NCBI GenBank assembly: GCA_028534125.1
Contig: CM052816.1
Coordinates: forward strand, 89,592,001-89,656,000
Origin: Lama glama
Lineage: Eukaryota
Direction of reading: 5' to 3'
Length of the DNA stretch: 64,000 nucleotides
Shown here: piece by piece, positions 12,532 through 25,519 of the stretch
How the letters are laid out: each line of letters begins with the position of its first letter
Position numbering within the stretch: the stretch's first letter is position 1
Notes under the pieces: generated by a model
Told to the model about the DNA's origin: nothing
What the model saw: only the letters and a program-made list of their open reading frames with translations
Database searches by the model: none
Made by a program: the position numbers and the translations under genes

Positions 12532-12735
12532 CTTTTTTTACATTTTTTAAATTTACTTTTATTGACATATAGTCAATTTACAATGTTGTATTAATTTCTG
12601 ATGTACAATATAGTGATTCAGTTATACATATATATATTTCTTATCATATTATTTTTCGTTAAATGCTATTATTACAAGGTATTGAAAACAGTTCTTTGTG
12701 CTATACAGTAGGGCCTTGCTGTTTACCCATTTTAA
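12532..12735 (-). mobile_element. Short L1 3' end
   Basis: TTTTATTGACATATAGTCAATTTACAATGTTG...GTGATTCAGTTATACATA...TGTGCTATACAGTAGG. Confidence 0.9.
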
Positions 12736-13594
12736 TTGGGATTTGCAGATATTATTAGTCTTTTGATTCATTCACTTGTTTGTTGTTTGTAGCTGTAGAT
12801 TTTGGGTTTTATTAAACATGATTTAGCATTAATTAATATCTTTGGAAATTTTTATTAGCTCTGTGATAAATAGTTTCTCTTATTATAGGTTAAGTATTTC
12901 AATATGGGGTATAATTCTTGTAAAAAGTTCTGTAAAACCAATTATTATTCTGCATAAGATTTTGTATATGTGTATTCCAAAATTTTATTTTTATTTATAT
13001 TTTTATTTTTCTAAATGTATTTTTTATCAGGATTTATAAGTATATAAAACATCCTGAATTACTATCTTTTTTTCTTAGGATTCTAAACTATGATTTTAAA
13101 GTAAAAGAGAATTATTCAAAATACCATTTTGAGTCAGTACTCATAAATATATAAACCAATCTGAGATTCTTTGTCTAGATTAGACAAAGTAAAGACATAC
13201 ACACTTAAAGCTAATGTATAATGCATTTAAAATAGACAATATTGCATTTGTTGTGTTGATTGATTTACTTACAATTATCTTTATTTAAAATTTTGCATTC
13301 ACCAAAGTTTGTTTTTTCTCTTTCTCTGACGTTTTTTAGGTTTATACAATTTCCTTTGTTCCAAATTGTTTTCAGTCTTCAAACTTAAAATTATATTTCT
13401 CTTCCCAGCAATTGCAATTTCATTCAAATGTGTCAAGATGTGACTACATTTTCAATCCTACTCTAAATTAATCTCTGCACGAAAATCTGGGAATTTATCC
13501 ACCATTTATGCCTTGAAATATTCCCTCTTGCCCATTCTCTGTTCTCTCTTTCCATATAAATGAGAGATTTCCCAACATGAAAGCCCCAGTCTTT

Positions 13595-13750
13595 TTTTAA
13601 CCTGATTTTCGAAATGGCCTGCCATCATTTCTGTGGTATTCTATTCTTTAAAAGCTAGTCAAATAAGTCTAGCCCGCCTGCAAGTGTGAATAACACACAA
13701 GGACATGGGTCCAGGATCATTGGGGATCATTGTAGAGGCTTCCTACCACA
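13595..13750 (-). mobile_element. MaLR LTR fragment (MLT1F/G-like)
   Basis: CATCATTTCTGTGGTATTCTATT...AAGTCTAGCCC...GAGGCTTCCTACCACA, a typical MLT1 terminus. Confidence 0.7.
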
Positions 13751-14998
13751 ATAATTCAAGTATTTAATAGCATTGATTAATCACTGAAATCTATGGACCA
13801 TTCACATATTTTCATATGTAATAAAAGTGATTATTTATAGTCTTATCAAAATTTATAATAATATTATTGTAACAGAAAAATATTGTTATAATTACAAAGT
13901 TCCACAAGTAGCAAGTAAACACTATAGCATAAATCATTCTTATCATGTCTTTGTTTTTAACAGATCTGATCTCTCAAAGGCTGAGGGAATTTTATTATTC
14001 TTGGCAAATAACAGATATTCACCAAGGCACACTTGTATTACTAAAAGCACCTGACTTTCTTAATATGATATCATGTACTTCACTTGTGGTCGAGTAATTT
14101 ATTTGATATTAATTTGAGTCTTGTTTACCAACTCCCCAGCCATACCGCCCTGCCATTCTCAAAGAGATACCAAAGCATAAAACCAAAGCTGCCAGAAAGA
14201 CCACAGATGGAATTTAGTTGAGTTTAATTAGTGCTCTATCTCTAGCACAGAGGATATTCAAAGAATATACATGATAAAATCTATTGGACTCTCAAGTCAA
14301 ACGTACCACTTGATGAAATAAACGAATGGAAAAACCATGACAAACTCTCATGAAGGTGAAAGGTCAGTGGGTAACATGACCATAGAGAGAGTGAACGCAC
14401 CTTGGACCTCGAGGGCGTGCCCAGGAGCTCTGCACAATGGCCACATCAGTGGCAGCGCTGTTGCTCATTATAGTCAAAATCTGCGTCAGAGGTCTAAGAC
14501 CGTCACGTAAAATTGGGGTAGAAAACCGTCACAATGACTGAGATTAAGACTTTCATAAGTCTACTCAAATGTAGGCATAGTGTCAACTTCGTTTGGTTTA
14601 TTTGTATGTTATATTTTATTTTATTTTTTTTACTATGAAGATTTAGCACTCCTGTGTTTTCAGTCCAAGCACCACATATGTTATTTAGATAGAGTTTTAT
14701 CTAAAACTGCAATGACTTCAAAGAATTACAGGCAGATTACCCCATCAGTCATTAGAGTTGGTATATTTGGAGACAAAGGTCACGACCCTTAGAGGCTTTT
14801 CCTAAAAACTACTATTGTGAATAAGTGTCTGAAATACCAAATATGTCCCTTTAAATATGGTCAGTTCACCTTTTGCTTATTCTCAATTGTGGATGCAGTA
14901 ACTGAAATTAAGGAGGCTGTTGTGATAAAATTCTGCTAATACGTGTGAGGAACTAATTTAGACTGAGAGTATTATAAGACTGTAAAAACTGAGGTGGT

Positions 14999-15379
14999 TG
15001 GACTAGTTCCCTACTGTTGTTGAAACAAATTACCACCAATTTCATGGTGTCTCACAGTTCTGTAGGTAGAAGCCTCATTGGGCTAAAATCCAGGTGTTGT
15101 CAGGGTGTTGTTCCCTTTTGGAGACTCTCACGGAGAAACACTTTCCTTGACCTTTTCCAGATTTTAGAGATGGCCTCCATCCCAGGCCTAGTGGTCCCCC
15201 GCCTCCAAGTTCAAAATCAACACAGGAGGGTGGAGCCCTCCTCACCCGGCATCACTGTGACCTCTGCTTCCATCCTCACATCTCTTCTGACCTGAACACG
15301 TCTGCCTCCCTCATCACTTTGGAAAGCCATTCTGATTACTCTGGGACCACAGGCTAATCCATGATAATCTCCCTACTTT
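14999..15379 (-). mobile_element. MLT1D-like MaLR LTR, left piece
   Basis: AACAAATTACCAC...TCTCACAGTTCTGTAGGT...GGGCTAAAATC...CTCTGCTTCCATCCTCACATCTC...ATCCATGATAATCTCCC. Confidence 0.85.
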
Positions 15380-16965
15380 ATTTTAATTTGTTTCTTTTTA
15401 TCAAGAAATAGAGTTTGACTGGGGCCAAGTGACATAATGGCGTAGAGCACTAAACCAGTTGTCAGGGCAGCCTTTCAGAAGCGAGCACCAGCATGCAAAC
15501 ACACAGCTTCCCTACCAATCCTCATTACCTATGGCTGCTTAATTTAATCCTAGCGATTGAGTCGAATATTCTTTCTACAACATGCTGAACACTCACTTCA
15601 GTTTATCGCAGAAAATTTTCTAAATGTAGGAAGGGGGTCGTGTGCTTGGCTGACCATCAGTGAGTAGCCCACTGTGCTGATCTAACAACTGTCCCACGGC
15701 CAAGGCACCAGATTCACTGACCAGCCAGGGACAGACCAGCCTCGCATCTGCCTGACAGAGCCTTCCTGGAAAGGCTCTGCCCTAGAGACGAACCCCAAAC
15801 CACCCAGGAGGGCACGTGCTCCAGGACGAAACTGCACGTAAACTCTTCATGCGGAGGGTCCAGGTGGCCCTGGCTCCGCCTTGCAGGCGTGTCCCACAGG
15901 TATCTGAGCTCTTCTTCCCCGTGGCTTCACCCACAAGCTGCACCTGGGCTGTGTGGGCTGCTGTGGGGCAGGGCAGCGACAGTGTCTAACTGAGTGACAA
16001 CAGCCAACGTCAACTGTGTCCACACAACTCTAACCGCTTTGTGTAAATGAGCAGATTTGCTTCTCAGAGTTATAAGGTAGGTGTTATCATCACCCTCCAG
16101 TCAGACTCACAGAGCGACTTCACTAATTTGCTAAAGGCAGAGCCAAGATTTCAATCCAGGCATTTTGGCTCCAGGTGTTGCATGCAAAGGGCTATGGGAT
16201 GAGATGGACCTTCACGGCCAGCAGAGGAGGCCGAGGCACAGAGGGCGGGAGGCGACTTTGTCCATCCCCGAAGCAGGGACGGCACAGGACCAGGACCCTC
16301 CCCTGCCCGCTCCCTTAGCTTCCCCGGGCCAGGTTGGAGTTCTGTGTTCTGGGGAAACCCAGGCTTTCTCTCTCCCTGCATCTTGAGCCTTCCCAGAGCC
16401 AACCTCCTCCTTCCACCAGCCCCGTTGCTCTGGACTTGACTCACTGCCTTCCTACCCCATTACTCTAGGCTGTCCTGAACCACCCAGTTCCCAGGTCCCC
16501 ACCAGCTTTGAGAGCCATGGACATCTGCGGTTCCCAAACCAGGAGCCCATCAGCTGCCTTTTGTGGGGCAGGGTGTTCCTTCCCTGCTCAGGTTCAGACG
16601 GCACCAAGAGCCTGCTCTTCTGTGGATGAAAATGAAGAATCAGTGACCTCATCTATCCTTACCCGCTATCGCCACCCTGCTGCAAAGGCGACATTCTGTT
16701 CCCTGCCGGCACCTGCCGGCTGCTTCACTGTCACCTATCACCGTTCACCTCCTCCTGACTCTGGATAAGTCATCCTCACACTGTGTCGGGCTGGGTGTCT
16801 GCATCTTGAGGACCGGCTCCAGCTGCTCCACGCATCAGGCCAGTTTCTGGACCAGCGGCTCTGAGTGTGATGGACTGGGGAGAGTGGCTGTGGGAAGGCA
16901 CTGGGACCACAGGGACCCCAGCACTCCCATCCCACCCTACTTAACTCTGCAAATCTGAGGCCACC
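15380..16965 (-). pseudogene. ~1.6-kb retroposed transcript (intron end + last coding exon + 3'UTR containing a MIR), parent unidentified
   Basis: GC-rich block interrupting MLT1D, with a decayed poly(T) at 15377-15400 and TSD TAATCTCCCTACTTT (15365-15379) / TGATCTCCCTGTTTT (16966-16980). Minus-strand reading 16887-16745: (A)TLPSPSHSEPLVQKLA*CVEQLEPVLKMQTPSPTQCEDDLSRVRRR*. Confidence 0.75.
16070..16180 (-). mobile_element. MIR fragment carried inside the retrocopy
   Basis: AGGTAGGTGTTATCATC...GGCAGAGCCAAGATTTCAATCCAGGCATTTTGGCTCCAG. Confidence 0.7.
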
Positions 16966-17101
16966 TGATCTCCCTGTTTTGAAGGCAACTGATTGGCAAG
17001 CGTACTTCCACGTTGCCGTTCAACCTAACACATTCACAGCATCATGGGATTAGCACCTGGTCATGTTGGAAGGGGGTGGGGGCATTCTTCTGCCTACCGT
17101 A
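16966..17101 (-). mobile_element. MLT1D-like MaLR LTR, right piece
   Basis: Resumes the consensus where the left piece stops: ATCTCCC...CTGATTGGCAA...AACCTAACACATTCACAG...GGATTAG...GCATTCTTCTGCCTACC. Confidence 0.85.
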
Positions 17102-17199
17102 ATTGTTCTAGGATAACTTTAAGTTAGGAAACAGTAGTCATGTAATTTAATAAAAATATGCATTTATCAACAATTGTATTTATACTATTTGAAAAGAGT

Positions 17200-17595
17200 T
17201 CTTTTTTTCTAATTGCGTTATAGTCATTTTACAATGGTGTGTCAAATTCCAGTGTAGAGCACAATTTTTCAGTTATACATGAACATACATATATTCATTG
17301 TCACATTTTTTTTCACTGTGAGCTACCACAAGATCTTGTATATATTTCCCTGTGCTATACAGTATAATCTTGTTTATCTATTCTATATATGCCTGTCAGT
17401 ATCTACAAGTTTTGAAATCCCAGTCTGTCCCTTCCCACTCCCTACCCCCTTGGCAGCCACAAGTTTGTATTCTATGTCTATGTGTCCATTTCTGTTTTGT
17501 ATTTATGTTCTTTTTTTTTAATTCCATATATGAGCAATCTCATATGGTATTTTTTTTCTCTTTCTGGCTTACTTCACTTAGAATGACATTCTTCT
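17200..17595 (-). mobile_element. L1 3' end, young camelid-type subfamily
   Basis: GTCAAATTCCAGTGTAGAGCACAATTTTTCAGTTATACATGAAC...GCTACCACAAGATCTTGTATATATTTCCCTGTGCTATACAGTA...GGCTTACTTCACTTAGAATGAC. Confidence 0.9.
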
Positions 17596-18689
17596 TAAGG
17601 AAAGACAGTACTGAGAAAACGGTACACAGACTTTATTAGACTATTATGAAAAAAGACAAAAAATGAATTTTGAATGTGTTTGTGGGGGTGAGTGTATCTG
17701 TGTGTGGGGATGTGGTGTGGGAGAGAGCACACAGAAAGAATAAGAACAAAAATAAAGGAGAAAGGGAATTTATTTGGCAGAAACATTTTTTCATGAAATC
17801 ATTTTTCATTTAAGAGAATATTTGTTCCTCTGAAAGCTCTGAAAATTCTTTGGGAAAGATTTGTTTAGACATGCAATCATTTACATTGTTCTTTAATGGC
17901 CAATTTCCTCTTACTTGAAAGCCACCTTTGCAAATTTCTCACTAAAGATAATGACCATGCTGAAATTACACAGCTCCCTTCGTTCCTGTTGCATTTCCTC
18001 ACTCCTGTCTGTGACACCATCATACCATTGTGCTAAAACCAATAATTTTCCTTTCCCAAAGAGTTTTCTTTGAAAAAAAAATCAACAGGAACTATTTTAT
18101 ATTCTCACTTCCCTATTCAAATTGGTTTACTGTATTACCTTTACATTAAGTTGGCTTACCTCTATGTATGTGTGTGTGTGTGTTTAATATAAGTCACTGC
18201 CACCACACTTCTAACACTTTTTTACAGGGCCCCAACTGAAAGCAACAAACACAATACTCCTTTGCACTAATAGTAGCATTCTTTCCTGCTGATAACTCAT
18301 GGTTTCAACCTCTTACAAAAAATTATGATGCTGACCTAACTTGTGAGAAACTCCATCCACATGATTGTTCATAATGCCCTGACTTTTACTCCTTTCCCAT
18401 TCCTTTCCCCAGTTTCAGGAAGTTGGTCTATTATTCATAGTCTCTGTTAGGCTGTAACTGATGGCAATACTTCTCTGAACTTAACCTCACAAGACAGTTT
18501 TAATCATCTCTTGCCCTTCGTGTACATGTACGTCTACTCTTCATGCTGAGGGGAGCTGGGCATGGCCTCCAATCCCTACGTTATTAATAAAGTCCCAGGG
18601 AAACTATTAATCATGTCATTTTGATTCAAGTTCCTAATACACAGTCTATGAACTCCTATTTACTCTTTTCACCCCAAATGTGTCAGGAT

Positions 18690-18940
18690 TGAACATTTTC
18701 TGCTGTAAAACCTTCTGGAGGTCATTCCTATTAGCTTTATTTCATGGTGGTGCAGCTTGTGTTTTGTACAATACTTATCCCACTTGTAACTATGCTTTAA
18801 ATTTATTTTTATTAGTATTTTCCCTCCTCCTGAGACCGTGGGCTCTTCAAAAGACTTTGCCTTTTTTATTCACTCTTGTCTTCTGGCTTGTAGCTTCATA
18901 GCTGGAATAGAGGAAAGTTCAAAGCATTTCAAAGATTGGA
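18690..18940 (+). mobile_element. L2 LINE 3' end
   Basis: GAGACCGTGGGCTCTTCAA...TTATTCACTCTTGTC...GCTGGAATAGAGG, a degenerate L2 terminus. Confidence 0.6.
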
Positions 18941-19129
18941 AAAAATGCAAGAGGATTTCTATTTCTTTTTGGATGTTTAACCAGGTTTGGCATCGTTATC
19001 ATGAGAGTAGAAATAAATGACTCTTTTTGTTGTTATCGTGTATTTTCTAGACTCTACTAACCAGTACTTGCCAAAAATATATATAGAGAGAAAGCATATA
19101 TAAGCTCCTATATATGCCACTAGAAGGTA

Positions 19130-19310
19130 ACAGAGCTTTGAAAATTATATAGGTTTTAGGCTTTGTGACACCTGAGTTAGAACCCGACCTCCGCCCCCTC
19201 TATTTATATGATATTAAATACAGCATTTAACCTTTAGTGGCTCCATATCAACATCTTTTGAATAAGAGAACTGCATTTTGGGGAAGACTACACAAGATAA
19301 TGTAGCCCAT
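19130..19310 (+). mobile_element. MIR fragment
   Basis: ACCTGAGTTAGAACCCGACCTCCGCC...CATTTAACCTT. Confidence 0.55.
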
Positions 19311-22300
19311 ATTTTGAATTTCTTGTTTCAATCAGAATACTACTTTTAGTATTTGACTTGTTAAAGTTTCTACTTCTTCTTGATTCATATCTGTCTAATT
19401 GTGTCACTGAACTTACTCTTCATTTTTACGGAAACTGTTATTCTATGATCTCTTTATGTATCCCTCAAAAAAGCGTTTAAGTCTTAATCAACACACCTTA
19501 GATTCTTTTATGATTAAATGATTTGTATTATCTCTTGATTTGGGGGAATGTCTTTTCTTCTTTTGTTCTGAAAAATGTCATTGCAAGCTTTTTTGGACAA
19601 GAAGTTCTTTTTTCTTTCCCTTTTCTTTGTATGGTTGCTTCCAACAAACCTCGTTTTGAACCATATTTTATATCAGGAGCTCTTGCCTACCATTCCCCAG
19701 TGATAACACTGGGCTGCATGATCATGTGCCCAAGGGTGGCCTTCCAGCCACCCCAGGGAAGCACGGAGCTTTGGAAATCTCAGCTGCAGCTATATCAATG
19801 GGCTTCTCATCCTTGTTCAGGCTCTTCTCAGTGAATGGAATATCACTCAGAACGTGCTTTCATGTGGAAGTTTCCTGTTATCCCATTATAGCCCACATCT
19901 TCCTTAGAATCTAAATTCTTCACCATGCTCATGGCTTAGTTTCTGGACTCAGAAGCCAAAAGGTTATTTGAGTGGGCGCTGCTCATCAACCAATAATTTC
20001 AACCTATTTAATCTCTGTAAAGATGTTCAATTTATAAATGTATTCTTTTCCATCCTTCTATGTTTGTAATGGTAGTAGTGATGCCAGTGGTGATGTTTGG
20101 ACACAGCACAATGACATGAACCAAAAGGTCAATTAATATTATTTATTAGGATTTTTCAACCAAGCATCACACAGAAAGCTCAAACTCAAATTTGCACAAA
20201 TATAAAAGCAATTCATTTCCCTCTAAATTATGCATTAACGCAATTCACATACTGGTGCCTCACATTATCAGGTGCCGAGTTATAGAGACTGGAACCATGG
20301 ACTTGCCCTGAACTTCTCCTTTTCCTTCTGAAATGTAGCAAAACATTGACCAAGTACAGAAGACCGTAAGTCTGTAACTTGTCTTACATCAACATCTTTC
20401 TTCATGCTCTTTGCTATTCCCTAGTTTGGGTTCCTGTCATGTCTAACGCATGTTAAGGTGTTATTTACAAAGGTAAAGCAATCTATAAACTTCATGTCAG
20501 TATTTCAGAGTAAGTAGACAATGGAAATACACGGAATTGCTCTGAGCAAGAAAGTATTAGCTAAACCTCATAGTTTTCGAATAGTATAAAAACTGGTTAT
20601 TCTTGCCTCTTCTAATAGCTCCCTCCAAAACCTACCTGCTTTCATAGATCTAAGTGTTGTTTACCTGCATTAGGAAGATAAACCTGTACCCAGATGTAGG
20701 TCCTAACAGCCCTCCTAACTGTTCAGAAAGGAGAGGCCGTTAATTCATAACCGATTTTTCTACTATTTATCATTATAGAGACAGCAGATACAGTTGTTCT
20801 TGTGGATATAAGATAGGAGGGATTTCATAAATGTTATTAACTCTAAGAGTGGGAAAAGATTGATTTTTTTCAAATTGTTTTGAGCTGAGTTCATCCCAGT
20901 AAGCAGTAGCTACGTCACAGTTTTTTAAGCGTTATGCTAAAGATATGGAGATGCCTATTTGGCGATCATAACAATATTTGCCACAATAAATCAGTATACA
21001 CGACTTAAAGTACGGTTTCTGTAGTATTTGATACTGGTATGTTTGTCCTTCAAAAATGCCACAATCCACAGCAATGGTTTTTAAAATATAATACCTACAT
21101 ATCTAAATCTACATATGTAGGTCATACATGCGTGTCTTTGTGACCTTCATTCTCATGACCTTTGATAAGGATAAAAACAAATAAATGAAGCAGTTTTTAA
21201 GAAAAAGAATCTTAAGTAGAAAAGAGACTTTCCACAGAAAGCCAGGAGAAAATGTACTGCTGTTTCCCACAACTGCAACAGGTTTTAAATTTTGACTAAC
21301 AAAATACACGTGAGTGCTTGTGCAGGCGCACACCACACACACATGACTGTTAATCGGATTTGATGTGAAGTAAACTAGGTCTACATTTTTAAAGGATTAA
21401 GAAACTGACCTTCAGGAAATATGAATCGCAGTGATTTATTACATATCTCTTGTTATATAAATGCCTTAATTATATGCCTTAAAATTTTCATGGTGGCTTA
21501 AACAATTCTCTAAAATTAAAAATTGTCCTCTCAAAAATTTCCCCAATTCTGTAGGATCCCTTGGGGTTTATGCAATAAACCTGTGTTGAGAGAAGTAAAT
21601 ACTGGGACATCAACTGCTATTTTTTAAATTTTCTAGTTGGAGTATATAGTGGAACACAAATAAAATTTATTAAGTAATAATCAAATGCTGGTCATTATTA
21701 TCAATATTTCTACTGTTAAGGCTGTAGTATCCAAGAAGACAAAGTCCATAGGTCTTCCTAAGTTATGTATCATGTATTATATAAAATGCTTTGCGTTGTA
21801 TTCTTGAGTTGGTTTATACCATACTACTATAAAATTGGGCCAATCCAATTGAGACTATAAGGTCTATCTCCAAAATGGATCATAAAATTATTAAATCTGT
21901 GATGAAGCCTACAAGATGGAATTGTGTATGTGTGTGTCCATGCGTTCACATGTAGGTGTGATATATTGAGTTGTATATATATGTATAGTATCTATATATG
22001 TTACCTAATAGATATACATAGATGCAATACACACATATATTGAATTTTATATTTTTAATGTACACATCCTTTTTCATGTGCACACATAATCTCTTAGTAG
22101 ATCTTGGTGTATATGAATTCAAGAGGAAGAGGTTTTAATATCCTGTTAGCTTGATGGAATCTTTGTTCTGGGAAACCGATAAACATAGTCATCATGACAT
22201 GCAATGTCAATATAAAGACCTTCTTTAACAATAGAGATACTCAGGTATGATGTCTATTATAAATTTGAGTAGGTATAAATATAAGAGATATTCAGATATG

Positions 22301-23659
22301 CATTCATTTTGGGTGGTAATTTTGTAATTATCTTAAAATATGGTCTAAGGAAAATATAGTTACAACTTTTCAGACTGAATGATTTTGGTGAAAATGCCTT
22401 TTATTTCTAGCTAACTGGATAAGACATATGAAGGTAATAGCTATGATTTTGTGTCATATCTCGTATCTCTGAATGGGCCCACAGTCCTCAATTAGAATGA
22501 GTTATTTTTGTTAAGGTCTCTGAACACAGCTGCTTCACTGGAAGACCTATGTAGTTTGAAAGAGTGAACTCATAACCGTATCTACACAAGTAATTGGTTT
22601 TCTTTTGTGCCAAGAGACTCAGTATATTTTTACAAAGGCATCTTCACAGTTTTATCTAAGTAGTTAGTGCTCATATACTAGAAGCCTAGTGATGTGTGTG
22701 TGTTTATTTTTTATCTGTTCATCTTAATCCACTCTTACTAATCCATGGTATCAGAGAAGAGATTCTGAGGCTTTAGTTTTGGCTCTAGGACTACTCTCTG
22801 AATGTCTAGAAAGTCAATTTGTTTGGGGGGAGATGCTTGAAGCACCTTGAGCCATTTTGTTGGGGAGATTTTGACACAAGGCCATTTAGACATACACAGG
22901 GAAGGTGATTTTTTCTTGAAAGGCTCATGGGAATCAAGATGGTGACAATCAAATGTTCGTGTTAAGAAGAACTACTCATCTGTATGGGCTGACCACAGAA
23001 GTGACAGTATATGAATTTATAGTATTGCTTCTGTTTCCCACTACTGGATATGCCCCAGGTGGTGTCTAATAGTCCATAAATTCTGTTTCTTTTCAACATG
23101 ATCCTCTATTTCCTAGTGTCTTACTTCCATCACATTCTTCTCTAATGTCACCCAACCTCTTCCTTCCCCTTCACTTTTCTTCAAAGGGTGTCTCTTACTT
23201 AGCCTTTGTGAAGGTGGGAGAATACTTTTCTTTCATTTTTCTCTTTCTAGTTCTATTGTTAAAGTCGAATCTCTTTTCCCCGCACCCCTCTGGCTGTTCT
23301 TTAACTTTCAATAGATTCAGTCCTGTCAACCATTGACGCTTTATATCCCAATAACTACTATTTCAATTAGTCTAGAGACTACATTTGTGCACCCCAATGG
23401 TTAGGAGAAAATTATCTCTAAGGAGCAAGAAAAGGAAAACTCCAAAGATTAATATTTCTAACTACATTGGCTAATCAAGTATATGTAAACTCTACATAGA
23501 TTTCTAACCCAACCATCACACTGCATGCATTTGATACGGCTATTCCAGAGTATGTCTGAAGGAAAATATCTTACATAGGTTAAATTATTAATTATGAGAT
23601 AACCTATTTAAGTGCTTTCTGGCTTATCTATGTATTATTTTATGTAATTAATAATTATT

Positions 23660-23983
23660 AAATAACTTTTATATGCTAAGTTTTATGAATACAGTAATAA
23701 AAAAGACAAACAGTTTGTTCCCATGAAGCTTGCTTTCTGTAGAGGAGATTTAAACATAGATTAACAAAGATTATAAGTAACTTCAGACAGAGATACGTAT
23801 ATTAAGAAAATGAAAACAGGCAACAGAGGGTGACTGGAGGAAGGATAATTTGTATTATGTGGTCAAGGAATCTCTGCTAAGGCAACACTAGAGCTACAAC
23901 TTGAATGTAAGAGAAAGTGACAAAATTCTTCAGGCAGAGGACATAGTAACTAAAGGCTTCATAGTAAAAATGAGTTTACCTTG
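23660..23983 (-). mobile_element. L2 fragment
   Basis: AAGACAAACAG...CCCATGAAGCTTGCTTTCT...GTGGTCAAGGAA...CAGGCAGAGGACATAG. Confidence 0.7.
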
Positions 23984-24428
23984 TGTATTAGTTTGCTAGA
24001 GCTGCCATAATAAAGTACCACTAACTAGGTGGCTTAAATATTAGTAATTTATTGTTTGACAGCCCTGGGGGCTAGAAGTCTGAGGACCGAGTGTTAGTAG
24101 GGTTACTTCTTGCAGTTGTGAGGAAGAATCAATTCCGTCACTCCATGTTAGCCTCACAATCTTCTGTGTTCCTTGGAGAAGCATCCCTCTGATTTCTGCC
24201 TTCATCTTCCCATGGCACCTTTGGTTTGTGTATGTCTATGCCCAAATTTCCCCTTTTTTATAAGGACACCAGTTACATTGGATTGGGAACCCACCTTATT
24301 TCACTAAGACCTCACCTTAAGTAATTGTATCTGCAGCAATCCTACTTCCAACTAAGCTCATATTCTGAGGTTCTGGGTGTTGAGACGATACGTATGAATT
24401 TCGCGGGGACAGAATTCAACCCATAACA
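23984..24428 (-). mobile_element. MLT1C-like MaLR solo LTR, near full length
   Basis: TGTATTAGTTTGCTAGAGCTGCCATAATAAAGTACCAC...GGGGACAGAATTCAACCCATAACA. Confidence 0.9.
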
Positions 24429-24432
24429 GATT

Positions 24433-24726
24433 TGCAAAGTCAGCTTTTGCTGTAAAGCAAACTATCCCAACGCCTAGTGGCTTTAAACAACAAATATTTA
24501 TTTCGTAATGATTTTCGGTGTAGGCAATTAGGACCAGAATCAGTCGGTGCCTTAGCTACGTTCAATCATGTATTTGTGTTCAGCGGATGGTTAATGAGCG
24601 AGCTGTGTTTCCAGAGGCTGGCAGACTGTTGGTTGAGGCAGCGGACGCAATTAGGCTATGTATCTTCCATCATCCACCAGGGTAGCTCTGAGTTGTTCAC
24701 ATGCTGGCAACAGGTTCTAAGAGCAA

Positions 24727-24786
<60 letters not shown>

Positions 24787-24987
24787 CCTAGCCAGTATGA
24801 AAGAGCTTCTCAAACCTCTGCTTGCTTCATGTCTGCTACGATCTCACTGGCTAAGGCAAGTCCTACCCAGGTTCAGTGGGTACAGAGGTAGATTCCAGCT
24901 CAGGAGGAGAGGCTCTGCAACAACGTATCACAAAGGCCTGAATGCAAGGATGCAGAAAATTTGCGATCCCTCTTATAATTTATCATA
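24433..24987 (-). mobile_element. MLT1H-like MaLR LTR
   Basis: TTTGCTGTAAAGCAAACTATCCCAA...TAGTGGCTTTAAACAACAA...CATCATCCACCAGG...CACTGGCTAAGGCAAGTC. Confidence 0.8.
24727..24786 (+). repeat. (AAT)20 microsatellite
   Basis: Perfect trinucleotide run, counted directly. Confidence 0.98.
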
Positions 24988-25057
24988 AGGGCCAGATGTG
25001 AAATTTGTATGAATATACACATGTTTTAATTAAATCATTTAACAGGGTAATTATAAA

Positions 25058-25157
25058 NNNNNNNNNNNNNNNNNNNNNNNNNNNNNNNNNNNNNNNNNNN
25101 NNNNNNNNNNNNNNNNNNNNNNNNNNNNNNNNNNNNNNNNNNNNNNNNNNNNNNNNN
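25058..25157. other. Assembly gap (100 N)
   Basis: Run of N. Confidence 1.
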
Positions 25158-25519
25158 GATATTTATTATGATCCTCCTCTAACATCAATTAAATACCACA
25201 AAAGAACCTGCTTCTAAATGTGTCCTTTATCTCCAAGGTTATTAATATATTAAGAGCTGAGGTTTACAGATTTAATTGGCTTAGTTTTTCTACTAAACTA
25301 AGAACGATTCTTAGTTCTTCTATTTCATATTTAACTGGCTAGTTCGTACATTGAAGAAGGAGATTCAAGTTCTTTTTCCACATAGTGGAAGTTTTCTGTT
25401 TACTGGTGACTCGTATTTGTGCTCTCATATTTTAAAAAGAGTAGCCTGGTTTCTTTCTAAGGAATCATATCTTTCTCTTTGAGAAGCGTATTATTGCATT
25501 TACTTAGACAAGTGGTGAC

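Noticed and set aside
15700..16960. GC-rich block as a CpG-island promoter, or its short ORFs as genes
   Set aside because: Better explained as an imported retrocopy bounded by TSDs inside MLT1D.
24701..24988. Poly-isoleucine ORF
   Set aside because: Translation of the (AAT)20 microsatellite within an LTR.
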